Source: Flavobacteriales bacterium
GTDB taxonomy: Bacteria; Bacteroidota; Bacteroidia; Flavobacteriales; Flavobacteriaceae
Length of the DNA stretch: 64,000 bases
Direction: 5' to 3'
Assembly: GCA_011524905.1 (NCBI GenBank)
Contig: WTJI01000055.1
Span: 76,630 to 140,629, forward strand
Numbering within the stretch: position 1 is the stretch's first letter; each line of letters begins with the position of its first letter. The notes beneath the pieces were generated by a model. That model was not told the DNA's origin, did no database searches, and was given only the letters and a program-made list of their open reading frames with translations. A program made the translations under genes and the position numbers. Below are positions 50,990 through 60,142 of the stretch, one piece after another.

Positions 50990-51898
50990 ATGGAATTAAC
51001 AATTTTAGGCTGTCATGCTGCGACACCACGAAAAAATGCTCAAACCACCGCACAACTCCTTGAGATAAAAGGTCAAATGATTTTGATAGATTGCGGTGAA
51101 GGAACTCAAATGCAATTGCGTAAGCTCAAAATAAAATTCGCACGCATTCAGCATATTTTTATTTCTCATCTTCACGGTGACCATTGCTATGGTTTGGTCG
51201 GACTAATCTCAACTTTTCGACTGTTGGGTCGCGAGGCTGATTTACACATATATGGCCCCAAAGGTATCAAAGAAATGATCACCTTACAGTTAAAACTAGC
51301 CGATTCGTGGACCAATTATCCACTTCATTTTCATGAATTAGACAATACATTACCAGAACTGATATTAGATCATGAAAAATTTACGGTAACTACACTACCC
51401 TTAGATCATCGAATTTACACAAATGGCTATCTCTTCCGTGAAAAAGTTGGTTCCCGAAAAATAAATGCTTCAGCTGTAGCTGAGTATGGCGTAGCGGTAG
51501 CGGATATGGAAAATTTAAAAAAAGGGAGGGATATACAATTAGCAGATGGAAGCCATATAGCCAATGAAAAATTAACTTTTCCACCTGACCCGCCCAGGTC
51601 ATATGCTTATTGTAGCGATACAGCTTATAAGCCTGATTTGGCAACAATGGTGCATGGGGTGGATTGTCTGTATCATGAATCGACTTTTTTAGATAGTCAT
51701 CAAGATCTGGCAATAAAAACAAAGCACAGTACTGCATCAGAAGCTGGACATATTGCTGCGGTGGCACAAGTCAAACAATTGATTTTGGGGCATTTTTCTT
51801 CTCGGTATTCTGATCTTAATGAATTCATAACCCAAGCACAGAATCATTTCCAAAACGTTCATTTAGCCGAAGATGGTAAACGGTTTTTATGGGATTAA
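50990..51898 (+). CDS. rnz: Ribonuclease Z
   Basis: 302 aa, metallo-beta-lactamase motif HLHGDH with an exosite region. Confidence 0.92.
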   Translation: MELTILGCHAATPRKNAQTTAQLLEIKGQMILIDCGEGTQMQLRKLKIKFARIQHIFISHLHGDHCYGLVGLISTFRLLGREADLHIYGPKGIKEMITLQLKLADSWTNYPLHFHELDNTLPELILDHEKFTVTTLPLDHRIYTNGYLFREKVGSRKINASAVAEYGVAVADMENLKKGRDIQLADGSHIANEKLTFPPDPPRSYAYCSDTAYKPDLATMVHGVDCLYHESTFLDSHQDLAIKTKHSTASEAGHIAAVAQVKQLILGHFSSRYSDLNEFITQAQNHFQNVHLAEDGKRFLWD

Positions 51899-52022
51899 AT
51901 GAAAAGGGCTTTGATGTTGTTAGCGTTATTTCATTTGAATTTTACTTTCTTTTTCTAATTCGCAATCGGGGTTCTGTTCCAAAATAATTGGCGTAACAAA
52001 CAGGTATTTGTACCTTGCTGAT

Positions 52023-52676
52023 ATGAAGCAAAAACAAGACTTGGGCGATTTAAGGCAGTCTTATGAATTGGATGAATTGACTGATGCTGCCAAAAAAGAA
52101 AATCCAATTACATTGTTCGGTCAATGGTTTACCGAAGCAACAGCCCATCCCGACATTGTAGAAGCAAATGCTATGTCAATTGTCACACAGGGCGTTGATG
52201 GATATCCGAAAGCACGGGTGGTTTTATTAAAGCACTATGATGCAGAGGGTTTTGTTTTTTACACCAATTATCAAAGTCAAAAAGGGCAAGCCATAGCGAA
52301 GAATGAGTGTGTGGGTCTCAGTTTTTTTTGGCCAGCTCTACAGCGTCAAGTTATCATCAAAGGTAAGGCAGAGAAGCTTGCTGATACAGTTTCTGATGCC
52401 TACTTTAATTCTCGCCCTTTGGGTAGTCGATTGGGGGCATTGGCATCACCGCAAAGCCAGCCCATAGCCGACCGATCCGTATTGGAACAGCGCCTACAGT
52501 CCTTAGAAGAAATGCATGCTACGACTGAACCCAAAAGACCGATTCATTGGGGTGGATATCTGGTGGTTCCTGTTGAAATCGAATTTTGGCAAGGACGCCC
52601 CAATCGTTTACACGATCGCTTAGTATTTACATATACTACAGTCCAGCAATGGACCGTTCAACGTTTGGCACCCTAA
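52023..52676 (+). CDS. pdxH: Pyridoxamine 5'-phosphate oxidase
   Basis: ATG at 52023. RVVLLK...FVFYTNYQSQKG, and the C-terminus WGGY...EFWQGRPNRLHDR. Confidence 0.93.
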   Translation: MKQKQDLGDLRQSYELDELTDAAKKENPITLFGQWFTEATAHPDIVEANAMSIVTQGVDGYPKARVVLLKHYDAEGFVFYTNYQSQKGQAIAKNECVGLSFFWPALQRQVIIKGKAEKLADTVSDAYFNSRPLGSRLGALASPQSQPIADRSVLEQRLQSLEEMHATTEPKRPIHWGGYLVVPVEIEFWQGRPNRLHDRLVFTYTTVQQWTVQRLAP

Positions 52677-53170
52677 TGAAGGAAGTTTTGCTTTTACGCC
52701 ATGCAAAGTCGTCTTGGGCGTATTCAGTTGCCGATCGCAATCGCCCTCTATTAGAAAAAGGAATCAAGAGAATACAAGCCATGGCGACCAAGCGCCCTGA
52801 GGTATTCAGTTCGGTAGATGTTTTTTATGCTAGTCCTGCTAATCGAGCGCTCCATACGGCCTGTTTAGCCATGTACACCTGTGAGATACCATTTGAAAAA
52901 CTTCAGGTAGTTGAAACATTATATACTTTTGAAAGTGTGACCTTGCTTCACTTTCTTCGCACTTTACCCAATGATCTATCCTCTGTTTGTTTGGTGGGGC
53001 ATAATCCGGCACTTAGTGTTTTGGTAGCCAAACTTTCCCAAAATTTAATACAACACCTGCCTACTGCCGCATGGGTAAAGCTTATATTTGCTCAGGATCA
53101 ATGGGAGTTTATTGAGAAAGGGTCAGCAACATGGGGTCTCCCCAAAGAATTATTAGGTAATAAGGAATGA
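52676..53170 (+). CDS. SixA-like histidine phosphatase family protein
   Basis: The start ATG overlaps the pdxH stop (TAATG). N-terminal LLLRHAKS catalytic RHx motif and a later GHNP. 164 aa. Confidence 0.72.
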   Translation: MKEVLLLRHAKSSWAYSVADRNRPLLEKGIKRIQAMATKRPEVFSSVDVFYASPANRALHTACLAMYTCEIPFEKLQVVETLYTFESVTLLHFLRTLPNDLSSVCLVGHNPALSVLVAKLSQNLIQHLPTAAWVKLIFAQDQWEFIEKGSATWGLPKELLGNKE

Positions 53171-55218
53171 AAAACCAGTACATTAATAGAGAAATCAGTT
53201 GGCTTGATTTTAATGCGCGTGTACTACAGGAAGCGGCAGATAATCAAGTTCCTTTAATCGAACGGCTTCGTTTTTTAGGAATTTTCTCCAATAATTTGGA
53301 TGAATTTTTTCAAGTGCGTTATGCCACTGTCAAAAGAATTGCCCAGTCCGAGAAAACAGGAAAAAAAGTATTAGGTGGGATAGAAGCCAGCATATTATTG
53401 GATCAAATCACCCAAAAAGTCATACGCTTGCAAAAGCAAAGTTTGGAAATACTCAATGCAGTTGAACAAGCGCTACAAAAAGAAGAAATCTATTTTATTG
53501 ATGAAACCCAGGTGCCTGCCTCACAACACGCTTTTTTGCGAGATTATTTCATCAAAAATGTAAGTCCTGCTCTAGTTACAGTTATTCTATCAAAGGAGCG
53601 TCCACAAGATTTTACAGATAATACCGCTTTTTTGACAGTTAAGATGCAATTCAGAGCTGTTCTAGAACCTACTTATGCTTTGATTGAAATCAATCCAGAA
53701 TTAGATCGGTTTATTGTCTTACCCATGGAAAATGGGCGTCAAAATATTATGCTGCTGGATGATCTTATTCGTTACCATTTCCATTTAATTTTTAGTTTTT
53801 TTGATTATGAGTCTATTGCTGGACATATGATAAAAATTACTCGTGATGCCGAATTGGATTTGGAAGAAGACGCATCAAAAAGTTATTTGGAGAAAATCTC
53901 TGAAAGTGTAAAGGATAGAATGTTTAGTGATCCAGTGCGGATGGTCTATGACAACAAAATTGAGGAAGACACCCTAAATTTTGTGATGCGGAAACTTAAA
54001 GTCACCAGTACCGATAGTTTGATTCCAGGTGGCCGTTATCATCATAGACGTGATTATATGAAGTTTCCTAGCTTGGGACGATCAGATCTATTGTATGCTC
54101 CTATAGAACCATTGGCTGTTGTAGGCCTCAATTTGGAGCAACCGCTTTTGGAACGCATACAAGAAAAGGATTATTTGTTACATACACCTTATCAAGATTT
54201 TTCATACGTAGTCAAATTCCTTCGAGAGTCCGCCTTGGACCCCAAAGTGCAATCCATCAAACTAACTGTTTATCGTTTATCGAAGCTGTCTCATGTGGTC
54301 AGCGCACTCATTAACGCAGCCAAAAATGGTAAAAAAGTTCTTGTTCAGATAGAGTTGCAAGCCAGATTTGACGAAAAAAATAACATTGATATGGCCAATA
54401 GACTGGAAGCCGCAGGCGTTCAGCTTATTTTTGGCGTACCAGGATTAAAAGTGCACGCCAAAATTTGTGTAATTGAGCGCTGGGAAAAAAAGAAAACCAA
54501 GCGGTATGGCTTTATCAGTACTGGAAATTTCAACGAATCTACAGCCAAAGTTTATACAGACTTTACTTTGTTTACCTACAACCAAAAGATTTTAAAAGAA
54601 GTCAATAAAGTTTTTAATTTTTTAGCAGTTAACTACAAAGTAAAAAAGTACAAACACCTAATTGTTTCTCCCCATTATACGCGGACCACAATCTTACGAT
54701 TGATAGATCAAGAAATTGCTAACAGAAAAGCTGGTTTACCTGCTGGGATAAAGATGAAGCTCAATAACCTAACATCCTACAAGATAATCGATAAATTCTA
54801 CGAAGCCAGTAGGGCAGGAGTCAACATTCAACTCATGATACGCGGCATCTGTTGTTTGATTCCAGGGGTAAAAGGAATGAGTGATAACATTGAAGTGATT
54901 GGGGTAATTGATCGATTTTTGGAGCACAGTCGTGTTTACATTTTTGAAAACAGAGGGACACCCCAATTATATATTTCATCAGCGGATATGATGACAAGAA
55001 ACATTGAAAATAGAGTTGAGGTAGCCTGTCCTATATATTCCCTTGAACTACAGGAGCAGATCTTAAAAACTTTCGATATTGGTTGGCGAGACAATGTAAA
55101 GGGAAGACGTATAAATGGGGTAGAACAAAATAGTCTGAATGTCAACGGGGATACTTTCATTCGTTCGCAGGAAGTTATATACTCATATACCCAAAAGCTT
55201 GTAGAAGAGTGCAGTTAG
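53167..55218 (+). CDS. ppk1: Polyphosphate kinase 1
   Basis: 683 aa. YINREISWLDFNARVLQEA N-terminus and two PLD-like HKD-type C-domains (KVHAKI, LEHSRV). Confidence 0.96.
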   Translation: MKNQYINREISWLDFNARVLQEAADNQVPLIERLRFLGIFSNNLDEFFQVRYATVKRIAQSEKTGKKVLGGIEASILLDQITQKVIRLQKQSLEILNAVEQALQKEEIYFIDETQVPASQHAFLRDYFIKNVSPALVTVILSKERPQDFTDNTAFLTVKMQFRAVLEPTYALIEINPELDRFIVLPMENGRQNIMLLDDLIRYHFHLIFSFFDYESIAGHMIKITRDAELDLEEDASKSYLEKISESVKDRMFSDPVRMVYDNKIEEDTLNFVMRKLKVTSTDSLIPGGRYHHRRDYMKFPSLGRSDLLYAPIEPLAVVGLNLEQPLLERIQEKDYLLHTPYQDFSYVVKFLRESALDPKVQSIKLTVYRLSKLSHVVSALINAAKNGKKVLVQIELQARFDEKNNIDMANRLEAAGVQLIFGVPGLKVHAKICVIERWEKKKTKRYGFISTGNFNESTAKVYTDFTLFTYNQKILKEVNKVFNFLAVNYKVKKYKHLIVSPHYTRTTILRLIDQEIANRKAGLPAGIKMKLNNLTSYKIIDKFYEASRAGVNIQLMIRGICCLIPGVKGMSDNIEVIGVIDRFLEHSRVYIFENRGTPQLYISSADMMTRNIENRVEVACPIYSLELQEQILKTFDIGWRDNVKGRRINGVEQNSLNVNGDTFIRSQEVIYSYTQKLVEECS

Positions 55219-56108
55219 AAAAATATGCCGCTATAGATATAGGTTCGAATGCCATCCGTATGTTGATTGCCAATGTGGTATTTTCCGAACAACAAGTACC
55301 ACGCTTTCACAAAAATTCCATGGTTCGTGTCCCCATTCGTTTGGGCGAAGATTCTTTTACAGTAGGAGAAATTTCTTCTAGGAATCTCAAGCGTATGATC
55401 CGGGCATTTAAGGCCTTCAAACAAATTATGAAGGTACACGGTGTAACCCAATACCGCGCCTATGCAACCTCGGCACTCAGAGAAGCCAGCAATACTGGTT
55501 GGGTTATAAACCAAGTCAAAAAGAAAACAGGGATAGATATCCATGTTATTGATGGCAGACGTGAAGCTGAAATTATATCCTCCACTTCAATGGATATGAA
55601 TGTGGTTGGACGTAAAACATTTTTATATGTTGACGTTGGTGGGGGTAGCACAGAATTTAGTGTATTGCGAAATGGCGAACCTTTAGCCTCCAAATCTTTC
55701 AAAATTGGCACAGTTCGATTGCTAAATAACTTGGTTAGTGATCAAGTTTGGAAACAAGTCCAGGAGTGGGTCGTAAAGCAAACAGCATCCTATGAAAAGA
55801 TTGCCGTTTTGGGAACAGGAGGGAATATCAACAAGCTGATCAAATTAACCCAGACCAAAGAAGGTAAACCCCTGTCTTTAGTAAGTTTGAGTGGTATTTA
55901 TCATCAACTTGAGAATTTGTCTTATGAAGAGCGTGTAATGCAGTTTGAACTTAATCCAGATCGAGCCGATGTGATCTTACCTGCTACACAAATCTATCTT
56001 CGTGCCATGAACTGGTGTGGAGCTACACGAATTTATGTTCCTAAAGCTGGTCTAGCAGATGGAATGATTCGATCTATGTTTGAAGATTTTCAATCGGAGC
56101 GTTCTTAG
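55209..56108 (+). CDS. ppx: Exopolyphosphatase, Ppx/GppA family (short form, ASKHA domains only)
   Basis: GTG start overlaps ppk1 by 10 nt. AAIDIGSNAIRM and DVGGGSTEF motifs. 299 aa. Confidence 0.88.
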   Translation: MQLEKYAAIDIGSNAIRMLIANVVFSEQQVPRFHKNSMVRVPIRLGEDSFTVGEISSRNLKRMIRAFKAFKQIMKVHGVTQYRAYATSALREASNTGWVINQVKKKTGIDIHVIDGRREAEIISSTSMDMNVVGRKTFLYVDVGGGSTEFSVLRNGEPLASKSFKIGTVRLLNNLVSDQVWKQVQEWVVKQTASYEKIAVLGTGGNINKLIKLTQTKEGKPLSLVSLSGIYHQLENLSYEERVMQFELNPDRADVILPATQIYLRAMNWCGATRIYVPKAGLADGMIRSMFEDFQSERS

Positions 56109-56693
56109 TTAGCCATGAATAGTTTCTTGCTTGCCTAAGTTTTTTATGAGTTGGGCTTCGTGATCCAATAGTGCTTGCCATTTTTTGTCGACATCGACCC
56201 CTTCGGGTGCGTATTGACGGGCTAGTTTTAAAAAAAGAGTGTAGTGATGGGCTTCGCTTATCATCAGTTTGCGATAAAATTTTCTGAGTTCCACATCTTC
56301 TAATTCCTCAGATAGCAACCGAAAGCGTTCGCAACTTCTAGCTTCTATCAGCCCAGCAATAAGCAAACGGTGAACCAGGTGGGTTTCTCTTGAACCTCCC
56401 TTGGGGAAAAAGCTTTGTAAGGCTCTGACATATTCATCTTTTCGTTCACGACCCAGTGTAAAGCCGCGTTTGAGAATCAATTCATGTACCATCTTAAAAT
56501 GACTCATTTCCTCTTGTGCTAAGTCGGTCATGGCAGTAACCAATTCACTCTTTTCTGGATAGCCTATGATCAAGGAAATGGCGCTATTAGCTGCCTTTTG
56601 TTCGCAATAGGCATGATCAGTTAGTATTTCATCAACATTTTTTTCTACAATGTTTACCCAACGAGGGTCTGTAGGGAGTTTGAGTCCAAGCAT
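56109..56693 (-). CDS. miaE: tRNA-(ms2io6A)-hydroxylase
   Basis: 194 aa. Diiron ferritin-like motifs (DHAYCEQKAA, EEMSHF, EARSCERF, EAHHY). Confidence 0.85.
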   Translation of the reverse strand: MLGLKLPTDPRWVNIVEKNVDEILTDHAYCEQKAANSAISLIIGYPEKSELVTAMTDLAQEEMSHFKMVHELILKRGFTLGRERKDEYVRALQSFFPKGGSRETHLVHRLLIAGLIEARSCERFRLLSEELEDVELRKFYRKLMISEAHHYTLFLKLARQYAPEGVDVDKKWQALLDHEAQLIKNLGKQETIHG

Positions 56694-56708
56694 ATTTTTT
56701 GGTTTTTT

Positions 56709-57377
56709 TTATATATCCAAATCCAGCTTGCTGCGAAGTTCAGCGATGGCTGGATTTATTTCAACCAATTTCTGGTATTTTTCTTCTGCCGTTATATAAA
56801 ATTCTTTACGTTTTGCAGGTGTAACTAAAATAATACATTGAAATTGATTGTTATTGAGTTTTTCAGTGATGTAGGGCTTAAAATCTAAAAATTCTTTTTC
56901 GAGTTCTACTTTATTGATATTACTAGGTACGCTAATGTAAATTTTGGACTGGGATTCCATTTGAATATCAGCAATAGAAAATAAAGCAGCAATATTACTT
57001 TGTCCCTCTTTTTGCTTCCATTGGGCATAGTTTTTCCAATGGTTTTGAAAATCTTCAAAACTAAATTTGGCGTCTAAAATAATTGTTTGTTCCTCTTTGT
57101 TTTTTTTGTTGAGCGCTTCTTTTTTTAATCGGATACTAGAAATCGAGAATTGAGAAACGCCGCTTGGTGTTTTGGGGTTAGATTTTTGAGGGGTAGCTTG
57201 GACAGTATTAGATTGATCCTTTTCTCCAATAATAGGCGCTAATTGCTCTGATTTTGGTTGATCATCATCTCTTTTTGTTACCACTTTCTCCACCACACTT
57301 TCTTCTTTTAAATGGCTAGGCGGAATGTGATTTTCTTTTGCTTCTGACTTAAATTTTTGCCCCGATATCAGATAGGC
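56709..57377 (-). CDS. dnaX: DNA polymerase III tau C-terminal region, in the -1 frame relative to the dnaX N-terminal ORF
   Basis: The frame is open from 57377 (AYLISGQKFKSEAKENH...) through the 195-aa track ORF to the stop at 56709. It encodes a low-complexity linker and then a folded C-domain. It has no independent promoter and no ATG start. Confidence 0.7.
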   Translation of the reverse strand, partial: AYLISGQKFKSEAKENHIPPSHLKEESVVEKVVTKRDDDQPKSEQLAPIIGEKDQSNTVQATPQKSNPKTPSGVSQFSISSIRLKKEALNKKNKEEQTIILDAKFSFEDFQNHWKNYAQWKQKEGQSNIAALFSIADIQMESQSKIYISVPSNINKVELEKEFLDFKPYITEKLNNNQFQCIILVTPAKRKEFYITAEEKYQKLVEINPAIAELRSKLDLDI

Positions 57378-58459
57378 TTTTTTTTTTCACCACTCAAAGC
57401 GGTAGAAGCGAGTTGCATGACGCATAACTCCAGGTGCAATCGTTTGTTGCGAACGGATTTGTATTGGGCCTCGTATTCTTGTGTGATGTCTAGTTGCTGG
57501 AGTAAATAGGCAACAGATAGAGATTGAGATTGTTCATGAAAGCGCGATTTAGTTTGTTCGGACGCAGCCATCAATGGGAGGGTTTTGGGGTCTTTACAGA
57601 CCAGAAGTTCCCGAAAATGGGAAGCCAGGCCTTCAAAAAATTGGCCACCATCAAATCCACTACTTAAGATGTGATCCAACCGAACCAACAAATCAGGTAT
57701 ATTTTGTGCTTTGATTAGGTCGACCAATTCAAAATAGGTTTCTGTGTCAATGATATTAAGGTTTTCTGCAACTAATTTTGCACTTAAACCTTCTTGGCTA
57801 TGGGCAACCATTCTATCAAACAGCGAAAGTGCGTCACGCATAGCACCATCAGCTTTTTGGGCAATCAGGTGAAGGGCTTCGTCCTCTACTTTAACACCTT
57901 TATCTTTAGCGATCGTTGCCAAATGATTTTTGGTATCTGCGACGGTCATTCTTTTAAAATCATAAATCTGACAACGCGACAATATAGTAGGAATGATTTT
58001 GTGCTTTTCAGTGGTGGCAAGTATAAAAATAACGTGAGCAGGGGGCTCCTCAAGTGTTTTTAGAAAGGCATTGAAGGCTGCAATTGACAACATGTGTACC
58101 TCGTCGATAATGTAGACTTTGTGCGTTCCAACTTGCGGTGGGATTCGTACTTGCTCATTGAGGCTGCGAATGTCTTCAACGGTATTGTTGGAAGCTGCAT
58201 CGAGCTCGAAAATATTAAAGGCAAAGTCGTTGTCGGTGGATTCAGCTTGGGATGCATTTATGTTTTTAGCTAGAATTCGAGCACAAGTAGTTTTTCCAAC
58301 CCCGCGTGGCCCACAAAATAAAAGTGCTTGGGCGAGTTTATTTTCCGAGATGGCTTTTTCGAGTGTTTCGGTAATGGCCTCTTGTCCCACCACGTCAGCA
58401 AACTGCTGTGGGCGGTACTTTAGTGCAGATACGATATAAGGTGTTGCTACATCTGACAT
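57368..58459 (-). CDS. dnaX: DNA polymerase III subunit gamma/tau, 0-frame product (gamma-like, 363 aa)
   Basis: ATG at 58459 (MSDVATPYIVSALKYRPQQF). Walker A GPRGVGKTT, DEVHML, SRC motif LSRCQ. Terminates 3 codons after the A run. Confidence 0.9.
   Translation of the reverse strand: MSDVATPYIVSALKYRPQQFADVVGQEAITETLEKAISENKLAQALLFCGPRGVGKTTCARILAKNINASQAESTDNDFAFNIFELDAASNNTVEDIRSLNEQVRIPPQVGTHKVYIIDEVHMLSIAAFNAFLKTLEEPPAHVIFILATTEKHKIIPTILSRCQIYDFKRMTVADTKNHLATIAKDKGVKVEDEALHLIAQKADGAMRDALSLFDRMVAHSQEGLSAKLVAENLNIIDTETYFELVDLIKAQNIPDLLVRLDHILSSGFDGGQFFEGLASHFRELLVCKDPKTLPLMAASEQTKSRFHEQSQSLSVAYLLQQLDITQEYEAQYKSVRNKRLHLELCVMQLASTALSGEKKKPI
57377..57387 (-). promoter_or_regulatory. A10 run containing an A AAA AAG slippery heptamer (candidate recoding site, or a homopolymer error)
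   Basis: The minus strand reads GGT GAA AAA AAA AAG CCT ATC TGA. The heptamer sits in the same phase as the E. coli dnaX frameshift site. Confidence 0.6.
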
Positions 58460-58463
58460 CGAA

Positions 58464-58471
58464 CAAATATA
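58464..58471 (-). promoter_or_regulatory. Bacteroidota -7 promoter box (TATATTTG) for dnaX; predicts a leaderless mRNA
   Basis: Plus strand CAAATATA, 4 nt upstream of ATG 58459. This supports the internal ATG rather than the track start at 58528. Confidence 0.45.
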
Positions 58472-58545
58472 AGGATTATGCCTAGGCAGTGTTGGTGTTG
58501 TTAAAAACTTCTTTTGAATCCGTGACAATACCTACCTTTGCAAGT

Positions 58546-58839
58546 AAGCAGGCCATCTTATCGCTGTTTGCCTTTGGGTGAAGAGAGGAAAGTCCGGACA
58601 CCATAGAGCAGTATAGCGGGTAACACCCGTCCTTTCTTCGGAAAGCGGACTAGTGCAACAGAAAGCAAGTACAGTTCGGCTGTAGTGAAATCGGTAAACT
58701 CTATACGGTGAAACGCCAAGTAAATCTGCGCTTTTGGGTAGCTCGTCCAATGCAGAAGGGTAGGCGGATAGAGGCGTTCAGTAATGGACGTCCTAGATAA
58801 ATGATAAGACTCGACAGAATCCGGCTTACCGGCCTGCTT
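58546..58839 (+). ncRNA. rnpB: RNase P RNA, bacterial type A
   Basis: P1 pairs AAGCAGGCC with GGCCUGCUU. Universally conserved P4 strands GAGGAAAGUCCGGAC and ACAGAAUCCGGCUUAC are present, as are GGUAACACC, AGUGCAACAGAAAGC and GGUGAAACG. A T run follows the 3' end. Confidence 0.92.
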
Positions 58840-58842
58840 TTT

Positions 58843-59388
58843 TTATTTTGTAGAGAAAAAACTAAAATGACTGCCACCATAGCGGCGGCTTTCTATACAC
58901 TGTTCTCTGTCATTCCATTCTATCTCTGGTGGGTGTTCTAATACCAATAAACCCGACGCAAACCAATCACTTTGAAGTATAAGATCTAAGTTTAATGCAA
59001 ATTGTTCTCGCGTAAATGAAAAAGGTGGATCCATAAAAATGAACTCAAAAGGCTGTCTGTTTTTTTCCAAAAAAGAAGTAACATCACTTTGAATTGTTTG
59101 TATCGGTAGCTTGAGCTGGTGGGCGGTTTCATTTATAAAGGCAAGACATCCTTTGTGCTTATCTACCGCAGTACTAGTTTGTCCGCCTCGAGAAAGAAAT
59201 TCATAGCTAATACTCCCAGTTCCTGCGTAAAGATCAAGTAGATGGCTGTTTGTCAGATCAATTTGGTTGGTTAGAATATTGAAAAGGGCTTCTTTAGCAC
59301 GGTCGGTGGTTGGTCGAACGGGAAGGTTTTTAGGAGCACGTAAGCGCCTACCTTTGTGTTGGCCCGAAATAATTCGGAAACTAAGCAT
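58843..59388 (-). CDS. rsmD: 16S rRNA (guanine966-N2)-methyltransferase
   Basis: 181 aa, LDLYAGTGSISYEFLSRG and FMDPPF. Confidence 0.88.
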   Translation of the reverse strand: MLSFRIISGQHKGRRLRAPKNLPVRPTTDRAKEALFNILTNQIDLTNSHLLDLYAGTGSISYEFLSRGGQTSTAVDKHKGCLAFINETAHQLKLPIQTIQSDVTSFLEKNRQPFEFIFMDPPFSFTREQFALNLDLILQSDWFASGLLVLEHPPEIEWNDREQCIESRRYGGSHFSFFSTK

Positions 59389-60142
59389 ACCAATAGGGTG
59401 TAGGATCTAAATTTCCCATTGGACTGTTGCGGTCTGTATCCAAAAAATGTAATTCTTCTTGAAAATTGCGAACACTTTCGTAATAAGCATGGTAGTGATT
59501 GAACTGTCCTAAAAAATTGAGCTTACTGTTTTGTGAGCTTAGTTGGAGTTGTTCGGATACATAAAACAAATAATACATAAAGTCTTCTTCGTTTTTCTGA
59601 GGGTATCTATTTGCGAGGATGATTCTTGTTCCCTGCATCACAAATAAATCAAAGCATCCTTTCATCAAGTGCACATAGATTTGTTTAGAAAAATCATTTT
59701 TAGCGTGTTCTGCTATTCGATCATAGAGGTATGCATACCCAGGGATAATGCTAAACTTGTCTGTAATTTTGGTGAGACTTTCTGATAGCTTGGTGGGGTA
59801 GGGGTAAATCATTTTAACCAACCCATTGCTACTGGTGAATACCCTGGGTTCATGCGTTTCGGGAATTTTTCCATACGGTTCCCAATAGGCGTTTATTTTT
59901 TTTGTCTCAAACAGAAGTGCTGGGACGAGCATACTTGGACAATCCAGAATGTAGAGGGTAGGTCGGAAGGGCTGGTTTTGTTGATTGATGAAGTTTTTTA
60001 GACTATCACTGGGCTCCCTTCCAAAGTCAGTAAAAGGATAATATGCCTTTTGCCCTGGCGTACAAAAACAAAATCCATCCTCCAAAAGGAGAATGGATTC
60101 TGTTGATATTGGGTGGTTAATATTAGGGTTGTTTGGTATCAA
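59381..60142 (-). CDS. DUF3822-family protein
   Basis: 253 aa. Occupies the conserved position upstream of rsmD in Bacteroidota. Overlaps both neighbouring genes. Confidence 0.6.
   Translation of the reverse strand: MIPNNPNINHPISTESILLLEDGFCFCTPGQKAYYPFTDFGREPSDSLKNFINQQNQPFRPTLYILDCPSMLVPALLFETKKINAYWEPYGKIPETHEPRVFTSSNGLVKMIYPYPTKLSESLTKITDKFSIIPGYAYLYDRIAEHAKNDFSKQIYVHLMKGCFDLFVMQGTRIILANRYPQKNEEDFMYYLFYVSEQLQLSSQNSKLNFLGQFNHYHAYYESVRNFQEELHFLDTDRNSPMGNLDPTPYWYA

Noticed and set aside
55242-55250. A T-loop-like GGTTCGAAT string, considered as a hint of a tRNA gene.
   Set aside because: It lies inside the ppx coding sequence (IDIGSNA motif) and has no surrounding cloverleaf pairing. No intergenic region in the window has tRNA-like structure.
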